Assembly: GCA_010909165.1 (NCBI GenBank)
Contig: MU008184.1
Location: forward strand, 124,001 to 188,000
DNA length: 64,000 nucleotides
Origin: Anthoceros angustus
Lineage: Eukaryota; Plantae; Anthocerotophyta
Direction: 5' to 3'
Under the pieces are notes generated by a model. The model did not search any database. It was given only the letters and a program-made list of their open reading frames with translations, and was not told where the DNA came from. Position 1 is the stretch's first letter, and each line of letters opens with the position of its first letter. Shown in pieces: positions 1-12,496 of this stretch. The translations under genes were made by a program, and so were the position numbers.

Positions 1-3000
1 AGAGATCCACATTGACGCCAGTCGGGTTGCAGGTTCTAAGCAAAGCAGCATCACCAATCTCTTTCACCTCAAAAAGAGAGAGTGCACGGGGGTCGTAGAT
101 CCTAGAGCCATCCAACATGGTATAGCTGGTAAATGTGTCCTCTTTCACTTGAGAGAACAGTCCCCCATTTTCTCCCCCGACACTAGTCCTGAACTCTGAC
201 TCTGGGGTGCGTAAACATCCAAACAGTTGAGCAAGTGCGTAGATTGTAGGAACAATTCCTGCTGAGATAGTCTGCCGATAAATGGCAAGAGCCCAGGATG
301 CCCTGAAAAAGACAACAGCTTGTTATCATGAATACCCTTCACAATGCACACAAGGTGACAGACAAGACATTCCTCCAGCGTATCTCAGTTGCATTTATGA
401 ACAGGGCATAACGCACCATTGTTCATGAGCAGCTCCCTTGCACAAGTCTGCCTGAAGGGGTCCAAGGTGACAAGAAAATTCGGGCGCAGGTGCAGATGCC
501 TGGACACGTCTCAAGCAAATGCCTAAGCGCTAAAAGGAAAATGTTAGAACATCAAATCAGTAACCTAAACCAATGGCAAACGGGTTGCCAGCAGTGAATG
601 AATGACTGCCACAATAAATGTCTACACAGACCTGTGATACAGTCGCAAATGGTAAGACTTGGAGATAAGCCCTCAGACATCATGCTCATGTGGAGATCAA
701 ATGCGTGCTCTGCTTCATTTGACCTGCCAATGGGATGTTAAAGCCGTGAATCTACAATTGTGAAACGTCTGACACAAGATAACAAGATGCAGTGCACACC
801 TCCCACTTACCTTTTACACGCATTTAGTAAAATTGTGTACGTGATCTGATCAGGCGAGACTCCTGCATCCCGAATTTCCTTCAAAAGATCAATTGCCTTC
901 AGCAAGAGCTTTCCGCTACCTGGATTGGGATGGGAAAATAACAAATTAATAATAAATTAAGGAAAAATCACAGAACTTGCATGAAACTCTAGGACCAGAG
1001 AATGTGGAGGTTTAGCATGAGAAGTGCACATACAGAGAGCGTTCATGAGAGCATTCAAAGTTGAAACAGTTGGAATCACTTCAGTCTTCTTCATCTCTTC
1101 ATAGACAACTAGGGCCTTGTCCCAATCCTTCATCTGCATCCCAGACGTGGATCAGGATGAGAACAAACAGGAAGGATCTTGTCAAACGTAGTGAAGAATG
1201 CGTCTTACAATGCTGCAGACACCCATCATCGCACTGTAGGCAGGAGGACCAGGTGTCATTGAGCTTTTCCTCATTTCCTCCAAGATACTGTAGGCTACAT
1301 CGATCTTCCTTGCTTGTCCAGCAACGTCAATCAAGGCACTGAAAAATACCTGTTGTTCACAAAAAGTCATATAGAAATCAGGCAACTGCTTCCTTCAACT
1401 CTTTACAAAGTACCTGAGCTGTCAAAGGTTGGCAAGAAGAACATGCTTGTTCGTCAAAATGCTCAGTACATCATCTGGCTTCACGCCCTTTGTTCGCAAG
1501 TCATTGAGCACTTCGAAAGCACCATCCACGTTTTTCGTGAGACTGTGCGCATGCACAGCTGCAGTGTAGACTTCAGGACTTCCAACAAATCCACCGTCAT
1601 GCATCATCTTGTATACTTCAAGTCCTCTGTCTACCTGCGAAATCCTTGTTTAGCTTCCTCACCACTAAACACTTCAAGAATGCAGATGCACATACAGCAA
1701 AATGCTGAGATCCGATTGGCCCTGACCTGTCCGGCACGAATGCAAGCGCAAATGAGTGCACCATATGTCACGTGATCAGGTTCGACCCTTGTGTCTTCAT
1801 TCTTCATGTCACTCAAGACATCAAATGCACGATCCACGGCTCCAGCACGGCCGCAGGCATTGATGAGGGAATTGAAAATGACAATATCCGGTTTCACATT
1901 CTGCACACCAAAGAGCACGACCATGAGGCAAGGCCAGATGGCAAAAACAGCCGGATCAGGTAGCTGTTGCTGACCTTTGAAAGCATGATCCCATACACTC
2001 CAAATGCTTTAGCCAGAAGACCAGCACGAGCGCAGCCGTCGATCATGGCACCAAACGTGTGTTGATTTGGCTTCACTCCTACGCTATCCATCTCAAAAAA
2101 GAGCTGCCACCATAGTGACAACGTGAGAACTTGATGCAGCCAGACAACGACCAGACTACGCTTTTGCACATATCCTTAGGAGGAACGAGCACGACGCTAG
2201 CTGCGAACTCACCTTGAAACCGAGGTCCACACACCCGGCTTTGGCACATGCCGAGATGGCAGCCGTGTATATAATGCAGTCAGCCTTCAGACCTTCCCTC
2301 TCCAACAGAGAGAAAGCCCTCAATGCACCTACAAGACAAAAGTAGTCCAGTCGTCAGGTCCGCACCATCAACATCCGCACTTTGAGGTGGATAACTTGCA
2401 CATCTGGGCATAGTTTCGCGTCATCGGTCTACCTACCGTCTGCATCTGCAGCTGCAGCGCATACCGACAGCAGCATAGTGTACTTTCTAAGAGTGGCTTC
2501 CTTGATCAGGAGCGTAAATCTAAATGCCTCGGCCACAGCTTTCCGAGATTTGCACTCTTCATAGAACCTCATATGGAGGATCTGCATTGCATTGCGCGGG
2601 GGATACCTTTAAGCAACAGGAACAAACCGAAATCGGCACGAACCTCAAACCCTACGGAATCCATGGACTAAGAATCTTACCTTATTCATATCCAGAATCC
2701 CCGCCCTGTCCATATGATCCAGCAACACCAGACAATCCTGCAGCCTGCCAATCCAACACCGCGGCGTTTAACCACATCCCCCGGCTCACGCAGCTCAGCA
2801 CCGGATCCGGACCAGGCGATGTACCTGTCGGCCCTGAGCAATTTATTGTACAAGGCGAGGCAGACTTCGGGATCCACATCCGGGGCCAGGGGCAGGAGCT
2901 CGGCCAAAGATTGCGGCAGTGCGGCGACGTAGAAGTATCCCGGCTGCCCCCCCGGCTTGCTCCGCACATGCGCCATGACATCGTTCCAGAATGCGTCTCT

Positions 3001-3440
3001 GGTGCTCAATTCCCCGGCCCGCGCACTGACGCCGCCCCCGGCCGCCCTGTCCTCCACATTCTGCATGCAGGTGATCCTGGCGCGGGCGAGGCCGGCTCTG
3101 GCGTCGTCGTCCGCGCAGGAGGAGGAGCTGGCGCAGGCGTCGTCCCCGCTGCCCCGCCACTGCTGCTGCTGCTCCCGAGCGGGAGCGGCAGGAACGCCCG
3201 CTGCGTGGCCGCCGAGTGAGCCACCGGGCGCGGGTGCGCGGCCGCTGCATCCGGCAGGCGCTGCAGCAGGCGCGGCATCGCGATGGGTTGAGGCTGCGCG
3301 CGCGGCAGCCAAACGGAGGAGGAGCAAGGCCCATGGCGTGGCCTGGCCTGGCCCAGCCAGGCCACTCCATCTCCATCCTCCTGCTCTTCTCCTGCTTGCT
3401 TTTGCGGTGCGCCAAATCAGCCTTATCTTGCGCGCTGCCT
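1..3440 (-). CDS. MRL1: P-class PPR protein, MRL1-like (maturation of rbcL mRNA); multi-exon, runs off the window start; 5' start uncertain (possible extra exon up to ~3750)
   Basis: Spliced PPR exons (KPNQHTFGAMIDGCARAG; NVKPDIVIFNSLINACGRAGAVDRAFDVL; GSPEVYTAAVHA; PTVSTLNALMNALC). N-terminal LYNKLLRADR and C-terminal IYDPRALSLFE match recalled MRL1 motifs. Confidence 0.8.
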
Positions 3441-4162
3441 AATCTTAAAAGGGCCTCTAATCTCGCAGCCTCTCATCAGGTGGTGGTGAGAGAGCGCAGT
3501 GCACGCCACTCCAGGCCTCTCGTTCCCGCCACTTTCGAATCCCCGGGCCTCTGCTTCCTCCGCCCTGGAGCCTGGATATAGCTCCTGCTAGTCCCCCTGC
3601 CTCCCTGCTTCCTTCTCGATTCCGATCAGAGCAAGGCGCAGGAGTCGACTGGACTCCCTCCCGGCCTCCGCTTCCTCGAACCTGCTCCAATTGGCGGTGC
3701 ACGTGCGACCGGTCACGTGAGGTTCGCGCCCTCACGCGCATTTCCTTCATGATGGCTTGCGTCGTCTGCGGCGGCGGGCGCTTGTGCGGTACGTTTCCGT
3801 GATTGCAGGGGTTTACAGTGGGTGTTGATTTTTGCTCCTCCAGGCTCCTGGCCTGTCAGCTCGCCGGGTTGCTGGAGAGCGTGCTGGATTTGGATTTGGG
3901 CTAGGTCATTGGCGTGTTGCAATTCGTGAATTGGCTGTCTTGAATGTGCGGCTGGGACTGGAGGCAGTCTTAGGTTTTGAGTTCCTCCGAGGTGTTCGGG
4001 TTCTTGTAGCTTGGAGAGTGTGGTTTGCCGTCCTTAGTTGATACCAGGGCTGATGCAGGTTGAGCTGCCGGCGGATGGCGACGGGAGGAGGGTGACGAGA
4101 CATACGGTGATGTTGGATGCCAGTGGTGATTGCCGGGGGTGATACCGGACTGTATTGTGGAG

Positions 4163-6208
4163 ATGGCGCATCCCTTCTGGTGGGAGGTGGTGGGGAAGCG
4201 GTGGATCCGTTGCGGGGTTGTCCATGCGGCCATCTCCACCGTCATCTGGTTGATGTGGGAATGCACTTTCTCTGGAGGCACGTCCAGTCGGTACTATGAA
4301 TTCGGACCGCTGTTCTTGGCTTCGGTCTGGGGGATTATCAGGTTTCTGGTTTTCCAATTATCACAGATACTCTTTCTGCTGGGGAAGGCGTTTATTTTGC
4401 AGCCAGAGGAGGTAGATGCAGCGTCTGTGGGAGACCTGCTGTCTTGGATATGGCAGCATACTTGGTGGTTGATCGTGGGTCCACCTCTGGATAAGGAGTC
4501 GAACCGGCAAGCGGCTGCTTTGCATCGGAGAATACGTGTGACAGGCCTGCATTGTGGCTTCTTACTCGTGTGTGCGCTCTCGGGGATACTGGGGGTGTTT
4601 TCGTTGGTATCTGCATTGTATGGTTCGCTGCAGTGGAGGGGTGTGCTCGAACTGAGTGTTCAGGGTGCGATGCTGGGCCTCGTGTACTTCTGCTTTCATC
4701 TTTATTGGAAGAAAGCTGTGCTTAATTTTCCCATCATCCAGGTCTGTCTGCACCTTCAACCATCCCCTTCCAGTTAAAATCAGGACGACTGGCATAACTT
4801 CTGTATGCAGAACTCCATTTCTGCTTGCTCCTGAGACTCTGGAGGTGACGTCTAACTAATATGGTGGTGTGTTTTCTGGACAGCGGCTCTTCTACTTTGC
4901 ATTTAAACTGGTTATCCCCATCGCTGTAAACCGGGCCCTGCAAATTTCTGGTGCAGCTGTGTTCTTTGGGCTCTTCCGAGCGTTGCTGGCCCTCCGAGGC
5001 AACATTTTGACGGCACTCGACTATCCTTCTTTTGCCTGGAATACTCTCTTGTTCTCGGTGGCTGCGTTCTTCACTGTTTTAAGCTGGGAGCTTGGTCATC
5101 ATCTGATTCAGGTACTTCTTGCTGCTGGTTGTTGCTTACGGGTGTTTTCTGCTGCCCTCTCATGGCAAAAGTTCCTTAAGTGTTTGCCCAGGTCTAAGCG
5201 TTGCATCTGATTTCATGCCTTACAAACAGGTCGTTCACACCAAGCACCACAAGTTTGCGCCTCCTCTTGGCTCAGTTGCGGCAGAAACTGACCCTACTGA
5301 ACCTTTGCTTACGGCACTAAGGGATTCGGAGGATCATTCTATCTTGCAGTATCTTGCCTATCTAGATTTGTGCATGGTTGCTGAAACCAATGGGGATACC
5401 TGGAGGCGTGCTGCTCTGTTCGAAGAAACAGCAGAGACGTACAAGAGTATAATTGGTCTATGTCTCAGCCCCATCGACGCCCTTACTTCAAAACTTGCGG
5501 GTGGTCTGGAAGGTTTCCACACTGAAAACGGCCACCTTATGAAGCAAATGTTATCACCGAGCGAGCAGGCTCAAATAGGGCCCGGCATCGACTCGAAGGG
5601 GGTCTTGAACTTCCAGGTATGTCGGACAACTTGTATCGATGTCATTTTGGCTGCTTCGTGCCTCGTTCAGGCTTCAGTTTTGTGGCCCTTCCAGCTGACG
5701 TCTGAAATCGCCCTTCCAGCTGTGCTCCTGGTGTGCCCGAACTGTGGCCTCTTTGACGGCCATTTCCCGGTACGAAGACAGGTTTGGTGTGGCCCAGCTA
5801 AGTGGTTCTAATGGGGCCGTTATATCCTCCTTATTGTCCTGCCTCCTGGTTTTGGAGGTGTACCTTGGTCGCCGGAGCCACACCGAAAGTAGCAAGTTTG
5901 TAGGGCCAAACAGCATTAGGTGGACTATGCCATCCCGAGGCGGCGTTTTGGAAACAGTAAAGAAACCAGGCTTTCTGTTTCCGAAAAACACTGCTATGCA
6001 CAGAAAGGGTCATGCTCTGGCAGATGTCCTTCGCGTCTGCATATATCGTATTGTTGCAGAGTTTGAAGCTGAAATGTTAACAGCTGGAGTTGGGGGCAAA
6101 GCGGTTATTGCAGAGAAGGATTGGATGAGTCCCCAGAGGCCCCACTACGGCAATCACGAGCTTCTTGCGGAGAAGTTGCTCATGTTCCTGGAGTACAGGG
6201 TCACCTAG
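4163..6208 (+). CDS. NDC1: Nucleoporin NDC1 (plant type), 4 exons
   Basis: TM-rich N-terminal half, then VHTKHHKFAPPLGSVAAETDPTE...YLAYLDLCMVAETNGDTWRRAALFEET and EDRFGVAQLSGSN. GT-AG introns near 4742, 5112 and 5618. Confidence 0.85.
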
Positions 6209-6600
6209 ATTGTCGTGTACAGCACGGAAACTACTACACGCTCTCCCTCCAGGCTTTCTTTTCATTGATCCTGGCAGAGAGTCAAACTCTCAATCTGGTG
6301 AAGCGAGCGAAGAATTTGGGGGAGTTGGGTTTAGAAGAAACGACGATGCATGCAACGACTACAGTGGCAAGCGTCTTAGTAGTCGGACAGTTTTGGTACG
6401 TAGATTTGTCTCTCAAGTGTGGGTTCGTCCAGGCAGGAGTGGCTTCTCTTCTGCATGTCCTTGTAAAACCTCTCCAACTCCTCGGCATGGCCTTGTGGAA
6501 GCTCTGCATGGCCTTGTAGAAAACTCGCTTAAGTTTGGCCTCGCTGACGGAGAGGAAAGTTGGCCCCTCTGACGGAGAGCAAAGTTCGCTTGAGTCCAAA

Positions 6601-9600
6601 ATGTGGGATCTGTGTCCCTCGAACCTAATAAGCATCTTGCATGGTACATGCTGGAGTGTTCCTGACAGCGAATTGTACCTACCGGACACCACCTGTATTG
6701 GCACTCGATTACCAACCTGCATCCTTAACACGAATGGAAATGTCACGAGGTGCGTCCTCGTCATCGAGGCTCTCTCTGGCCTGCACTCTACACTGCCGTC
6801 CAAAAGTTGTCATGGTGGGAATGATCAAAACTTTCCTGCATTGGCATTCCTCTTACAGGAAACGAAAGGTCGATAAAGCCCACGCAGGTGCATCAGCCGT
6901 CGTCACTTCGGCACAAATTGTGTCGTCACAATGCCTCTTGGCGAACCCAATCTCTTTGGGTTGCACCAATTCGACAATCAAACCAGCTTCTTCAATGGCA
7001 ATGCGATCTTCCCCCAAGTAAGATGTTAGTGGCAAGCAGTGCAAGCTCTGAGGGGAAATGTAGATGCCTGCTGGTGGTGTAACTTCAGCCATTGCCGTTG
7101 CCGAATGTGCAGAGCGTTGGTTACGCCATTGTTTGTGGATTCGGATTGTTGTTTGCGGTGGTGACAACTCTGATCATGCACTTGGATAAGAAATTCGCTG
7201 GCAGCGTCTACCACTCGGAGGAATTTAACACAGCGGGGAGAAACATCAAAACAGGACTTACAGCTGTTGACATCGTCAGCCGGGGAACATGGTAAGCTCA
7301 CGATGCTGCCTTGCTGGCCATAACCAGCGGACACATGATCTTCTCTACTGATATGGACGTTGCCCCTACAGGGTGTCAACGCTGCTACAGTCCAGCAATG
7401 AAGCCTTCAAACTTGGAATCAGCGGAGGATTCTGGTGAGATTTTGTTCAAGAGGCTATCACGACTGTAGCGAAATTGTGTGATTCTGGGGTCCGGAGCTT
7501 AATATCATCGCAAATGGTGTGGAAGGTATGGGGCTGGTGCAGCTGTACAGTATTTCTTGTTTGGTACAGTGGCCCTGCAGATCAAACGCAGAGCACCAAT
7601 GGGGCATACGGTTGTGGAGCTGGTTAGGCGCCGATGGGGTCACACAGCCGGTTTTGTGAGTACATGCGCAATTTGGCACCTGGTTTAGTTGAGCTGGCGT
7701 TGCCGTCGATGTGTTTTTCAGTCTACGTACATATATGTTGGAATGCATTTGTCACGTTGTCGCTGTCTTTCAGGTGTTCATGTACCTATGCTATCTCAAC
7801 AACTTCATCGTCAGCGCTTTGCTTATTCTTGGAGCAGGGAATGTGCTTGTGGCATCAACCGGTACATATGAAACTGTGGCACGGAGGCTGACAAATAAAT
7901 CCTGCTGGAGTTCTGAACTGGATGAGTGGAATGCAGGCATGAACGTGTATGCAGCTTTGATGTTAATTCCCGTGAGTGTTATTGTCTATACCGTGGCCGG
8001 AGGGCTCAAAGCAACATTCACATCCTCGTACCTGCACACAGTCATCATCTTCGTCACACTCAATGTCTTCTGCTTCACAGTAAGTTGAATGATGATATCC
8101 TGTGCATAAGCTTGCCTGGAAGCAGTTGCATGCTTGGCTTCACTAACAAAGGTAAAAATGGCAGGTATACGCATCCAACAAAGAGCCAATAGGCAGCATC
8201 AGCAAAGTTTGGAAAAACCTCACAGAGTATGCACATGTTGTTCCAGTTTCAGGTAAAGCACCTGCCTCGTAGCAAAATGTAATTTACCTCTACGTTCTCC
8301 TGCCAGCCTTGGCACATGCAAACCTGTTGACTGATGGCGTACCCAGGCAACAGAGGTGGCAGCTACCTGACCATGTTCAGCAGAGGAGGCTTGCAGTTTG
8401 GTGTGAACATTCTTGCTGGATCCTTCGGAACAGTTTGGGCAGATCAAGCCTATTGGCAGGTACTTACTTGTCATAAAGCCCCAAAGTACGCTTCTGTTTC
8501 TGCAGATGTTAACCCACAGTTCTACCCCGTAACTGTATCTGAAGGGAGCTATTGCGGCCACTCCGGAAGCCTCCTACAAGGGGTATCTGTTGGGATCATT
8601 CCTGTGGCTACCTATCCCATTTGCTCTGGCCACTTCCCTGGGATTGTCGGCTAGGGCCTTGGACCTTCCCCTCACATCCCTCGAAGCTAATTCAGGCTTG
8701 GTGCCAGTAGCTGCTGCACAATACGTGCTAGGATCAGGTATGAAGGGACTACTTGGCTACCAGAATCCATTTCCCTGAACTTTCAAATTGGTCTCATTCT
8801 CACGTTATGACGCTGTGTGCATGACAGGAGGGGTGATACTTGTATTGAGTATGGTGTTCATGGCGGTAACCTCGGCCGGCTCAGCAGAGTTTATTGCCAT
8901 GAGCTCAATCTTCACTTACGACATTTACAAGGTGAGTTCGAACTAGGAGGGTGATCCAAGCGATGGTGCAGGAGGCAGTGGTTTCGGTGGCATAAGCTTT
9001 GTAAATCTGTGCAGGCATACCTGAGACCAAAAGCTTCAGGAACAGAGATGCTGTTGGTTTCGAGATGGGCCCTGCTTCTCTTCGGACTCTCCATGGGTGG
9101 CCTTGCCTGTGTTTTGCATCTGGTGAGATCTACATCCCCCAATCTTTCGCGGTAAAACGGATTCCTGCTTTTGGCCGCTAAAGATTGTGTGAAAGATAGC
9201 CTGCAATTTTTCTGGTCACGACTGACGGATTACTTGCAGATAGACGTGGACGTCAACTTCCTGTTTCTGGTGATAGGCATCCTAGCCTGCTCATCCGTTG
9301 CCCCTCTCACTATGATGCTCATGTGGCCAGCGGTTCCCTCAGGAGCAGTCATAATAGGAGCTTTGGCTGGGCAGGCTGCAGGAATCATTACATGGTTGTG
9401 CCATGCCCAGGTGATGCCTCAGCCCTTTGGGTTCTCTTCGACAATGCCCCCCAGCTGGAAGAACCTACTAACGGTACATGTGTTTTTTATGTGTTCGCTC
9501 ATGTATCAACTCAGTCGGTATATCATGAATTGAGTGTCCAACACAGCCTTCAGGAGCTTGGTCCTACCATGTCAGGAACTTTGGTTTCTCTGATTGGCTC

Positions 9601-10232
9601 GGCAGTTATAATCGTCATTTGGACGTTTTTCTTTCCAGACACAAGCGACAGCTACGCAAGGTGCGAGCACTGGATTTTGACACATGTGATGCCCAAAGGT
9701 ATGATATAAAAAGGCTAAACTGCTTACGCCAGTAATCTGTATGTAGCAGGTTCCAAGAGATAGAAGTGATGGATGGCATTAAAATATCAGAATACGATCA
9801 GCACGACGAGGAAGCCATGAAGAGATATTTTCGACTCACCCTATTCATTGCATTGGGAATTATATTCATCATTTGTATTATTTGGCCTCTTCTTGCGCTA
9901 CCGGCAGGTGTTTTTTCGGAGGTACGACAATACACATGCCATTATCATTCATATTTGAATTCATGCAGCTGTACTATGTGTACTTATTGGATGATTAAAA
10001 TTAATTATTTTACTCTTGGGCACAGACATACTTTGCGTTATGGGTTGTGATCTCCATTATTTGGGCATTATTTTCATCTATTGTTTGCACATTTTTACCA
10101 TTATTTGAGTCGAGAGCTACATTTATACAAGTCTTCAAAGGTATACTAGGAAAACGAGAACCATTGTCAACGCAAACATTGGCCGCTGAAGATCTTAAAC
10201 ACTTTGTAAACTCTCCCTTAAACACTTTGTAA
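6601..10232 (+). CDS. DUR3: DUR3-family urea/solute:Na+ symporter (SSS family), multi-exon, divergent; start at 6601 is inferred (alternative ATG 6931)
   Basis: [70 protein letters not shown] and IWPLLALP, joined by phase-compatible introns. Confidence 0.88.
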
Positions 10233-10594
10233 ACTCTCCCACCAACGCAAAGGACCTACATCACTAACAAGTGTAAAATTATCTATTTTGATGACTAAAA
10301 ATTATTTTATATAAATTTTATAATATGTAGTCCGTAGTAGGTTGAAATTTTTTGTACTCTTTCTAAGAAAACTTAATTAGAGAAAAAAACCTTAAAGAGT
10401 GGAGACAAAATCCATGGATAAATTTCTTGCCATATATTCAGAAGACTTAACCTATGGAGAATCTACTTACAACTATGTAATATTGTTGATGCTATAACGT
10501 GTAAATGTTCAATGTTCTTAGAGTCTTAAAAAATTCTTTTCTTCTTCTTAAAATAAAAATCATAGAGTAATATACATAAGCACTCATGAAGTAC

Positions 10595-10774
10595 CAGTCC
10601 CATGACGGAAATCCGTCCTTAGTGGACTTAAATAGAATTCTTCTTCTTCTTCTCATTTAGGTGCAATGGCATAAAATATCCCTTTCATTTTTTGGAAATG
10701 AAAAGACATGAAGAAGAAAGAAAGATAAGAATTTTATTCAAGTCCACTAAGAATGGATTTCCATCGTGGGACTA
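10595..10774. mobile_element. ~180 bp MITE-like element with ~50 bp imperfect terminal inverted repeats
   Basis: Left agtcccatgacggaaatccgtccttagtggacttaaatagaattc versus reverse complement of right agtcccacgatggaaatccattcttagtggacttgaataaaattc. A further arm copy lies at 19117-19174. No clear TSD. Confidence 0.75.
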
Positions 10775-10934
10775 ATTTGATAGAGTTACAGAGAGGGCAT
10801 AATGAGGGCACATGGTGGAGGTCTATTCATTCAGGAGCTCGAAGGTTGAAGAAACGTAGGTTACTGAATGTAATGGACCAAATGCATACTATGAAACGTA
10901 TATAATTAATAAGAATCTGAAATTTAATAACAAC

Positions 10935-11006
10935 GGAGGTATAGCTCAGTGGTAGAGCAATCGGCTGCAGTCCGATAGGTCATCAGTTCAATCCTGGTTG
11001 CCTCCT
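10935..11006 (+). tRNA. tRNA-Cys (GCA)
   Basis: Full cloverleaf: GGAGGTA/TGCCTCC acceptor, GCTC/GAGC D-stem, ATCGG-CTGCAGT-CCGAT anticodon arm, TTCAATC T-loop, U73 discriminator. AT-rich upstream with CAA; T-run downstream. Confidence 0.96.
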
Positions 11007-12268
11007 TTCGCGTATAGTTTTGAATGTCATGGGTTACAGCACACTGGGGAGAGGAGTTTTGAATTTCTCCTTTTCGTGTCATGAGTTACGGCACACTGGG
11101 GAGAGACGTACCAACGCCTCATGAGAGCAAGCCGAGCCCGATCCTACTTCCTGTTCGACCAAGAACCCTGGAATGGCGCGGCTGGGTTTGGCCACGAAAG
11201 AACGGAACCGGACCACCATCCATGCGCTTCACAGTAGCAAGCGATTTCCCGGCCGATGACATGCGTCATGCGGGCGTGATTTTGCTTTCAATGGTGCATG
11301 AGTCATGCATGCATTCTTGATAGGTCAAAGCTCCGAGGTGGTCAGGGTCAGCCCGTCAGCCGAGACGAGTTCACCTGCAAGCGTGGCTGAATGTGGAGGA
11401 ACATGCACACGCGGGCGGATGACTGCTGTAAAAGTGCGTTGATTCCTGTTCCCTGCCTGCTGCTGTTCAAGTCCTCCGATGACCAAGCACCGAGCCCCGC
11501 CAGCGGCGATGAGCCCGCTCTATCACTGGACGCCCTGCCCGCGTTCGTCGGCCACTGTCCGCATCTGTGGAGCTTCCAGTGGCGAGCACCAGCGGCTGCG
11601 GGAAGGAGCGGCGTGGACGGACACCAACTCGTTGGGCACTTTCTTTTTTACCTCCCGGAGCGGCAGCAACAGACAGAGTTCGTGTGGCTGCTGCGGCATC
11701 TGTCGCAGAGTTGCCGCTACAGCCAGAGAGCATCTCCTCGAATATCCCTCTTGGCAGCCAGCAGGCTGCAGGCTGCAGGCCGCAGGTGTGCAGTGCAGCA
11801 TCTGCTTGCGCCGCACGCCTACCGCTTTGCCCTGGAACGCACGTAAGTGACGCAACCCTAACGGGCCTGCGTGCGGTCCACTCAACCAGTCCATGGTCGC
11901 CTTGACTGGTCGCTTAAGACAGGCTCCCGCGATCCTTTGCCCCCAGCTCCGCGCCTTCCTCGCCTGCTTCCTCCCCCGCTCTCCTGCCGCAAACCTGATC
12001 CTCTGCACCTCTCTGTGCCTGCCTCTTTGTCGGTAAAGCTATTGTCGGCTCTTCTGTTCCCAAACACTTTCAAAACCGCGCTCTCTTTCTCTTGTGCCGG
12101 CCAAAGCCTGCTTTCATTCTACACAGCAGCAACCGCAGCAACGAGCTCGCAAGATCAAGAAACTCGAGCATTGTTTCAAGATTAGAGCGGAAGGAAGGCT
12201 CTTGAGAAGGTAGCGCGAGCTCCGGAGGGATTCTCGGCACGCGAGCAAGCTCGGGATTCCACGACGCG

Positions 12269-12496
12269 ATGGCGCAGATGGATGTGACCGCGCAGAGGCC
12301 CGGGACGCTGGCCAGGTCGGACGCGGGCAAGCGGCGCCGGCGCAGGCGGGGGGCTGTCAAGGCCGCCATTGCCTGCAAGCTGCTGCACTCCGTCTCGTCT
12401 CTGATCGGCGGGATCTCGCAGAGGAGCTTCAGGCACGGGGGGAGCTTCGGGGGGAGCTGCAACAGCCTCGCCAGCATGTCCAGCCTTTCTGGCTGA
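12269..12496 (+). CDS. 75-aa basic micro-protein (RRGAVKxAIAxxLxHSVSSL motif), paralog 1
   Basis: Intronless GC3-rich ORF in good ATG context. Protein-level conservation with the ORF at 14018. Confidence 0.7.
   Translation: MAQMDVTAQRPGTLARSDAGKRRRRRRGAVKAAIACKLLHSVSSLIGGISQRSFRHGGSFGGSCNSLASMSSLSG

Noticed and set aside
11299-12048. GCN4/RY motif (11299-11311), as-1-like element (~11841) and paired TGTCGG (12028, 12043) upstream of micro-protein 1
   Set aside because: Short motifs with non-canonical spacing that cannot be distinguished from chance.
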